A stretch of DNA of 64,000 bases from Terriglobia bacterium (GTDB taxonomy: Bacteria; Acidobacteriota; Terriglobia; Terriglobales; Acidobacteriaceae). The translations under genes were made by a program, and so were the position numbers. The stretch covers positions 108,892 to 172,891 of the forward strand of contig CAWHQH010000039.1 in assembly GCA_963831465.1 (NCBI GenBank), given 5' to 3'. Of the stretch, positions 59,378 to 64,000 are shown piece after piece (positions within the stretch are counted from its first letter, which is position 1; every line of letters begins with the position of its first letter). The notes under the pieces are model-generated. The model was not told where the DNA came from and did not search any database. It saw only the letters and a program-made list of their open reading frames with translations.

Positions 59378-59919
59378 TTGGGCAGCGCCAGCAAGGTCCA
59401 ATGGTTCACGGCGCTCCACTGCTTTTCAAAGCTGGTGCGATCCTGTTTCAAAAGCTTGCGCTGCGCGGCATCATTCAGGTAAACCACGCCCTCAGCAGGA
59501 TCAATTCCCACCACCACCACAAAGTGCAACGAGCTTTCCAGAGCAGAAGGTTTCAGCGCGGCGATCAGCGGACGCCCTTTTTCCAGATGTTGCTTCAGGT
59601 CATCCCACTTTCCGGCGAAAGCAAAGGTCCGAAAACCGTTTTGCTGGAAATAATTTTCCAGATCGGAAGCGCGAATGCCATGATCTTTGCGGGAGTAAAG
59701 GGCGCGCTGGATTTCTGGCTCGGCGGCGGCTGCTTCAACCTCTTTGGATTGCTGCTTGCGCCAGTACTGCATCACCATGGCAATGCTGGCTGCGCCGCAG
59801 CCTTCTTTTTCCTGCTTGATAAAAGGCACGTCGAGCCAGACGCCAGGAGTTGCGGCAAAAACAAAACCGCAGAGACACAAGATGCAAATGAGTCTCTGCG
59901 GCATATTTCGTGCCATCAA
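59374..59919 (-). CDS. Secreted C39-like (papain-fold) cysteine peptidase domain protein
   Basis: Signal peptide, then LDVPFIKQEKEGCGAASIAMVMQYW (catalytic Cys context of C39-like peptidases) and a later HFVVVVGID (His). Confidence 0.75.
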   Translation of the reverse strand: MMARNMPQRLICILCLCGFVFAATPGVWLDVPFIKQEKEGCGAASIAMVMQYWRKQQSKEVEAAAAEPEIQRALYSRKDHGIRASDLENYFQQNGFRTFAFAGKWDDLKQHLEKGRPLIAALKPSALESSLHFVVVVGIDPAEGVVYLNDAAQRKLLKQDRTSFEKQWSAVNHWTLLALPK

Positions 59920-59926
59920 AATATTT

Positions 59927-60331
59927 CTAGCGGACAGCCACGATGATCAGTATCAGCACGGCGACGCCCAGAATAATCAGGATCAAATCACGTTGGTCGA
60001 GATTACCTGCGGCAAAATCAGCCTGCGCTTTATCCGCCCGCGCCGCCAGTTGGGCAAGTTCCTGATCGTTAAGAGTTGAGACCGCGGTTTTCACCTGCTG
60101 CGGGTCCATCTTTGCCGACTTCAGGGCTTTTTCAGCCGTCGGCGTTGACAACAGGCGTTGTATGGAATCCATGTTGTGCTGTCTTACCTGCGACGCTGCT
60201 GTTGTTGCTTTTTGCAGGTCCGCGGGGCTTACCACGTGGCTTTGCGCAAGCGCTTCCGTGGGAACAATGAAGAGTGCAACCAATAGGGTAGCAACCGCCA
60301 TACGAAGCGTTTGCCGCAGATCAAATTGCAT
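59927..60331 (-). CDS. PA2779-like small envelope protein (signal peptide + helical region + C-terminal TM anchor)
   Basis: Signal peptide ...VPTEALAQ. The central region is ...MDPQQVKTAVSTLNDQELAQLAARADKAQADFAAG. The C-terminal helix is LILIILGVAVLILIIVAV. A GGAGGAG Shine-Dalgarno lies upstream. The family assignment is from memory of the PA2779/PA2778 gene pair. Confidence 0.55.
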   Translation of the reverse strand: MQFDLRQTLRMAVATLLVALFIVPTEALAQSHVVSPADLQKATTAASQVRQHNMDSIQRLLSTPTAEKALKSAKMDPQQVKTAVSTLNDQELAQLAARADKAQADFAAGNLDQRDLILIILGVAVLILIIVAVR

Positions 60332-60519
60332 AAGTCAAGCTCCTCCGCTAATGTTCCGTCCAGATAGAAAGTATACATGACCTTGCTGCGAGCACTTTGA
60401 CCCGAGTACAAGTGCTCTTGGTCTCGCCGCAGAAAAATTAACGACAATGCGCGTTATTCCTGCTAAACCTCTATATGCCCGGTGAATGATCCAGTCACTA
60501 CGTTGGAACTAGAAAGCAA

Positions 60520-60539
60520 GGGAGCAGTTGCCTGCTCCC
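60520..60539 (-). terminator. Possible terminator downstream of the TetR gene
   Basis: GGGAGCAG-nnnn-CUGCUCCC is a perfect 8-bp stem. On the minus strand it is followed by UUGCUUUCU. Confidence 0.4.
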
Positions 60540-60708
60540 GGTGAATGCAGTATTTGATTTCCAGCTGTTCTCAGTTGGTTGAAGCCGTCTTGCTCTGTGC
60601 TTTGGCCGATTCTGTTCCCAGTTGCAGAGAGACTTTCTTCCCCGCGAATTGCAGCGCCTTCAGTTCGCGCTCGCCTTTGCAGCCAGCAATTGTCGCGGAG
60701 AACTTTCG

Positions 60709-61359
60709 CTATGCCGGCTTTGCTCGGTTTGAGAGATAGTCGGGACTGGCAGCAAACGAATGCAGGACGTGTAGAAATAATTTTCGGATGTCCTCTGCTG
60801 TGTAGGACGACGAATATGGAATTCGTCCGGCAAGCATTCTGTCCCGCAGCAGTCCTTCCAACATTCCGATGAGCGCGGAGCGCATGCCTTCAATATTGAG
60901 ATCGGAGCGAAGCTGCCCGAGATCGCGCATTTCCCTGAGCAACCTGTCCGCCGTATTCACCAGGCCAAGAAAGCCCTTGGTCATTAAAACCATGTGGCCT
61001 TCTTTGCGGATCCTGCGGCCTTCAAGCAAAAATAGTTGTTTGAGCTGTTCGTCTTCTTCCAACTTGGAAAGAATCAATCCCACCAGCGCCTGCAATTTGG
61101 AACTGGGAGCCGGGATGTACTCCAGCGTACCAAAAGTCTGCGCGATATGGTTCCACCCTTCTTCAAATATCGCCTCCAGCAGTCCCTCTTTGCTGCCAAA
61201 GTGCTTGATCAGCTGGGACTCGCTGGTCTGCGCCATGCGTGCGATTGAAATTGTGCTGGTGTTTTCAAAACCGGATCCGGCAAATAGCGCTTTGGCGGCT
61301 TTTAAGATGCGCTCGGCAGCGGTGCCTTTTTGTATCAGCGGGTTAGGAACGGATGCCAT
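60709..61359 (-). CDS. TetR/AcrR-family transcriptional regulator
   Basis: ILKAAKALFAGSGFENTSTISIARMAQTSESQLIKHFGSKEGLL is the HTH region. The start was trimmed to the ATG at 61359. Confidence 0.9.
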   Translation of the reverse strand: MASVPNPLIQKGTAAERILKAAKALFAGSGFENTSTISIARMAQTSESQLIKHFGSKEGLLEAIFEEGWNHIAQTFGTLEYIPAPSSKLQALVGLILSKLEEDEQLKQLFLLEGRRIRKEGHMVLMTKGFLGLVNTADRLLREMRDLGQLRSDLNIEGMRSALIGMLEGLLRDRMLAGRIPYSSSYTAEDIRKLFLHVLHSFAASPDYLSNRAKPA

Positions 61360-61579
61360 AGTCCCTCTTTCGGAATAAGCAGAGTCGCACAACGAAGTAG
61401 TACCACCATCCTGAGGTCAAAACAAGGCGAGATGCTCCTAATTCGCTGAAAACAATAAGAAAATAATTTGGCAACTCGGATCAAGAATATTCCTTCCTAA
61501 GTTCAGCGGTAGTGCTACTACTGCAAGCCACATCTGTTGGTTCGGGCGAGCTCCAGAAAATCAGGCTTCAGGAGAAACC

Positions 61580-63628
61580 ATGTCAACGCTTCCCTCTCCC
61601 TCTGCACCCTCCTTTAAACCAAATAAAGAAGAATTTACGACAAGATCCTCCAGATCAGGAGTTGCTCTGCTTGCCGTTATTTTAGTTTTCGGTCTTACGC
61701 AAATTGCCTCCGCTCAGACCGCCAGTTCCATCAGCAGCACTTCAGGACCTGTCTCTTGGGACTTCGGCCCTGTCGTGGCAGGCACCGTTACCAACGTCGG
61801 CATTCAAGACCAGTGCCCGCCCGGCCTGTGTGACAATCACGATCTCACGATTACGCTTCCCGCGCCCGCTGCCACTTTTTATCAAACCAACACGGTTCAA
61901 GTAACGATCAAATATACGTGGAACAGCACCGCGCCCAGCGATCTGGATATATTCGCCATTAGTCCAAATGCGGCCGACCACGGCCCTGGATCGCCTGATA
62001 CCACCAGCACTGGTCCTGGTGAAGAAGACCTTACGCTCACTGATCCAATCGATGGCCTTTGGCATATCCGTTCCGTGGCAGCGACGGTGCCTCTTCCCGT
62101 CTCTGCGCACGCTGTGGTCAGCATGACCGTTGGGCCGCGTCCCACCACTGCTCCACCTGCTCCGCCTGCTCCCGGTGCGCCCGCTTTCGTCAACTATGCC
62201 GCTCCGGATAACATCCCGCCATCGGTGGGCTCAACTGACGCCAGCCAGCATGCGGCCGGCGAACCTTCCATCGGCGTTGATTGGAATACCGGCAAGACTT
62301 TTATTGGCGCTGGCAACCACACTCTGCGCGTTACTTTCAATGACACGGTAACTCCTGCAACTTCAACCTGGGAAGACAAGCGCTCGCCTTTTGCGCGTGT
62401 CAGCCTTGATCCCATTCTTTTTACTGACGATGGCCGCATGGGCGGAACAAACCGCACGTTCTCTTCGCAGCTCAACGGCGTAACCAGCGAGCTTTCATTT
62501 ACTGACGATGATGGCGACAACTGGCTTCCCACGCAAGGCTCGGGACAGCCTGCTGGCGTCGATCACCAGACCGTTGGCGGAGGCCCATACGCTTCTCCCG
62601 CGCCTGCGGTACACACGTATCCACATGCGATTTATTACTGCTCGCAGGATATTGTCACGGCGTTCTGCTCGCGCAGCGACGATGGCGGTGTCACGTTTGG
62701 CCCTGGCATTCCCATGTACACGTTCACCACCGTCAACGGTGTGGACAAGCCTGTAGCATCTGGAACTTGCGGCGGGCTGCATGGGCACGTTCGCGTTTCA
62801 CCTGACGGCACAGCCTACGTTCCCAATGAGAATTGTCAGGATGCAGCAGGCGTCAGCCGGCCGGGCGTTGCCGTTTCCACTGACAACGGATTGACATGGG
62901 TAGTGCGCACCGTCCCAGATGGCGCCAGCATCAGCCCCGGCAGCGATCCCTCGGTCTCTGCGGGCAAGAACAACACAATTTATTTCGGATATGTAAATTC
63001 AGACGGCCATGCCAAAATCGCGGTTTCGCATGATCGCGGGTTGCACTGGTCGAAATCCCAGGATGCTGGAACTCCTTTCAGCATTCAAAACTCCGAGTTC
63101 GCTGAAGTCGCGGCGGGAGACGATAATCGCGCTGCGTTTGCTTTCCTCGGCACGCCCAGCCTTGGCGACACGCAGTCCGGCGATTTCCTTGGCGTATGGC
63201 ATCTATACGTCGCCTTCACGTACAACGGCGGGATCACCTGGACAACTTCTGACGCCACGCCTTCCGACCCGGTGCAGCGCGGCTGCATCTGGAACGGAGG
63301 CGGCAGCAATCCGTGCCGCAACCTGCTGGACTTTAACGACATCACTGTGGATAAATTCGGGCGTGTGCTCGTTGGCTATGCTGATGGCTGTACCGGAACT
63401 TGCGTAACAGATCCTTCACAAAACGCCACAACCGGACCTGTCACGGCACAGGACGCCCTGGCCACCATCGCTCGCCAGACCGGCGGCCGCGGACTGTTTG
63501 CCGCTTTCGACGGCACGCAGTTCGGCACCCGCAGCGGCGACAATGAAGGCGGCGGAAAGCTCTGCTTTGGCGATCCCGCAAGTGGTGTCCACGGCGGGCC
63601 AGACTGCGACGATAACCGCAGGCATTAA
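61580..63628 (+). CDS. Secreted BNR/Asp-box repeat (sialidase-like beta-propeller) protein
   Basis: Signal/TM at the N-terminus. Asp-box-like motifs are SDDGGVTF, STDNGLTW, SHDRGLHW and TYNGGITW. Confidence 0.8.
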   Translation: MSTLPSPSAPSFKPNKEEFTTRSSRSGVALLAVILVFGLTQIASAQTASSISSTSGPVSWDFGPVVAGTVTNVGIQDQCPPGLCDNHDLTITLPAPAATFYQTNTVQVTIKYTWNSTAPSDLDIFAISPNAADHGPGSPDTTSTGPGEEDLTLTDPIDGLWHIRSVAATVPLPVSAHAVVSMTVGPRPTTAPPAPPAPGAPAFVNYAAPDNIPPSVGSTDASQHAAGEPSIGVDWNTGKTFIGAGNHTLRVTFNDTVTPATSTWEDKRSPFARVSLDPILFTDDGRMGGTNRTFSSQLNGVTSELSFTDDDGDNWLPTQGSGQPAGVDHQTVGGGPYASPAPAVHTYPHAIYYCSQDIVTAFCSRSDDGGVTFGPGIPMYTFTTVNGVDKPVASGTCGGLHGHVRVSPDGTAYVPNENCQDAAGVSRPGVAVSTDNGLTWVVRTVPDGASISPGSDPSVSAGKNNTIYFGYVNSDGHAKIAVSHDRGLHWSKSQDAGTPFSIQNSEFAEVAAGDDNRAAFAFLGTPSLGDTQSGDFLGVWHLYVAFTYNGGITWTTSDATPSDPVQRGCIWNGGGSNPCRNLLDFNDITVDKFGRVLVGYADGCTGTCVTDPSQNATTGPVTAQDALATIARQTGGRGLFAAFDGTQFGTRSGDNEGGGKLCFGDPASGVHGGPDCDDNRRH

Positions 63629-63644
63629 TTGTCGGTAAGCAACC

Positions 63645-63684
63645 AGCCCGCGTGAAGAGATTTTTTGCGCGGGCTTTCTTTTTG
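63645..63684 (+). terminator. Rho-independent terminator
   Basis: AGCCCGCG-15 nt-CGCGGGCU followed by UUCUUUUUG. Confidence 0.6.
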
Positions 63685-63725
63685 CACAGCATTTAAAATC
63701 TTGATTGAATTGGTTCTGGATAAAC

Positions 63726-64000
63726 ATGAAGAATTTATTGCGACTCATGCTGTGCTTCCTCTCATTAGCCGGAGCCATGTCCGGCTCGAAAAAAGCTGTT
63801 GATCATGCAGCCAAACAAACCAAGGCGGCTGATCCCTGCAAACTGCTTACCGGCGCGGATATTCGGGACGTGCAAGGAGATGCTGTGCAGGAAACCAAGC
63901 CAAGCACACAGCCTTCCGGCGGGCTGGTAATGTCGCAATGCCTGTTTCGCACAGCCAATCCCAGCAATTCGGTGAGTCTTTCTATAGCTTCTGCAGGCTC
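63726..64000 (+). CDS. Secreted hypothetical protein, N-terminal part (runs off the window end)
   Basis: The frame from the ATG at 63726 stays open to the window end. It begins MKNLLRLMLCFLSLAGAMSGSKK..., which is a signal peptide. Confidence 0.45.
   Translation, partial: MKNLLRLMLCFLSLAGAMSGSKKAVDHAAKQTKAADPCKLLTGADIRDVQGDAVQETKPSTQPSGGLVMSQCLFRTANPSNSVSLSIASAG

Noticed and set aside
59214-59946. Two ~180-200-aa plus-strand ORFs (59214..59819, 59401..59946)
   Set aside because: They are antisense to the C39-like peptidase and the start of the TPR-OMP gene. Their composition is Arg/Ser/Cys-rich shadow-like.
1-64000. tRNA, rRNA, tmRNA, integrase, transposase or prophage genes
   Set aside because: I read the intergenic regions (9.2-10.2, 17.5-18.4, 33.4-33.8, 42.3-43.1, 56.3-56.7 and 60.3-60.7 kb). 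I saw no T-loop (GGTTCGAATCC-type) or cloverleaf candidates and no recombinase-like ORFs. This negative is by eye only and should be confirmed with tRNAscan-SE and Infernal.

Overview
This 64-kb window looks like a chromosomal segment from an Acidobacteriota-like genome. The hallmark is a PadR regulator paired with a ~900-aa duplicated FtsX 'ADOP' permease, plus many palindromic REP/MITE-like intergenic elements. About 55 protein genes are supported, and most are housekeeping. They include pntAA/pntAB/pntB transhydrogenase, a CsoR-CopA copper module, and an aa3-type oxidase (coxBAC) translationally coupled to pdxS/pdxT. Also present are miaB, truB, folE with two PTPS paralogs, gap-pgk-(macro)-tpiA, several transporters and hydrolases, and a PAS histidine kinase with a response regulator. 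I recognised no rRNA, tRNA, CRISPR array, integrase or transposase. Main leads, in order: (1) A peroxiredoxin that the ORF track splits in two is a single frame. It has an in-frame TGA exactly at the peroxidatic Cys position (F-T-G-G-U-T-K) and a SECIS-like hairpin 11 nt downstream, so it is probably an exported selenoprotein. (2) A tightly packed envelope gene trio of unknown function: a PA2779-like anchored protein, a secreted C39-like cysteine peptidase, and a TPR outer-membrane barrel. (3) An operon GT2-PTPS-PTPS-FolE-SDR that carries all three enzyme classes of tetrahydrobiopterin synthesis plus a membrane glycosyltransferase. (4) The tpiA 3' tail occurs three times and flanks an inserted SDR gene. 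(5) A ~1-kb non-coding stretch holds a degenerate ~91-96-nt tandem module array. At least four conserved genes carry 1-nt indel frameshifts, at least three of them at short homopolymer runs. Consensus errors are therefore a real possibility, and that caveat applies to every pseudogene call here.
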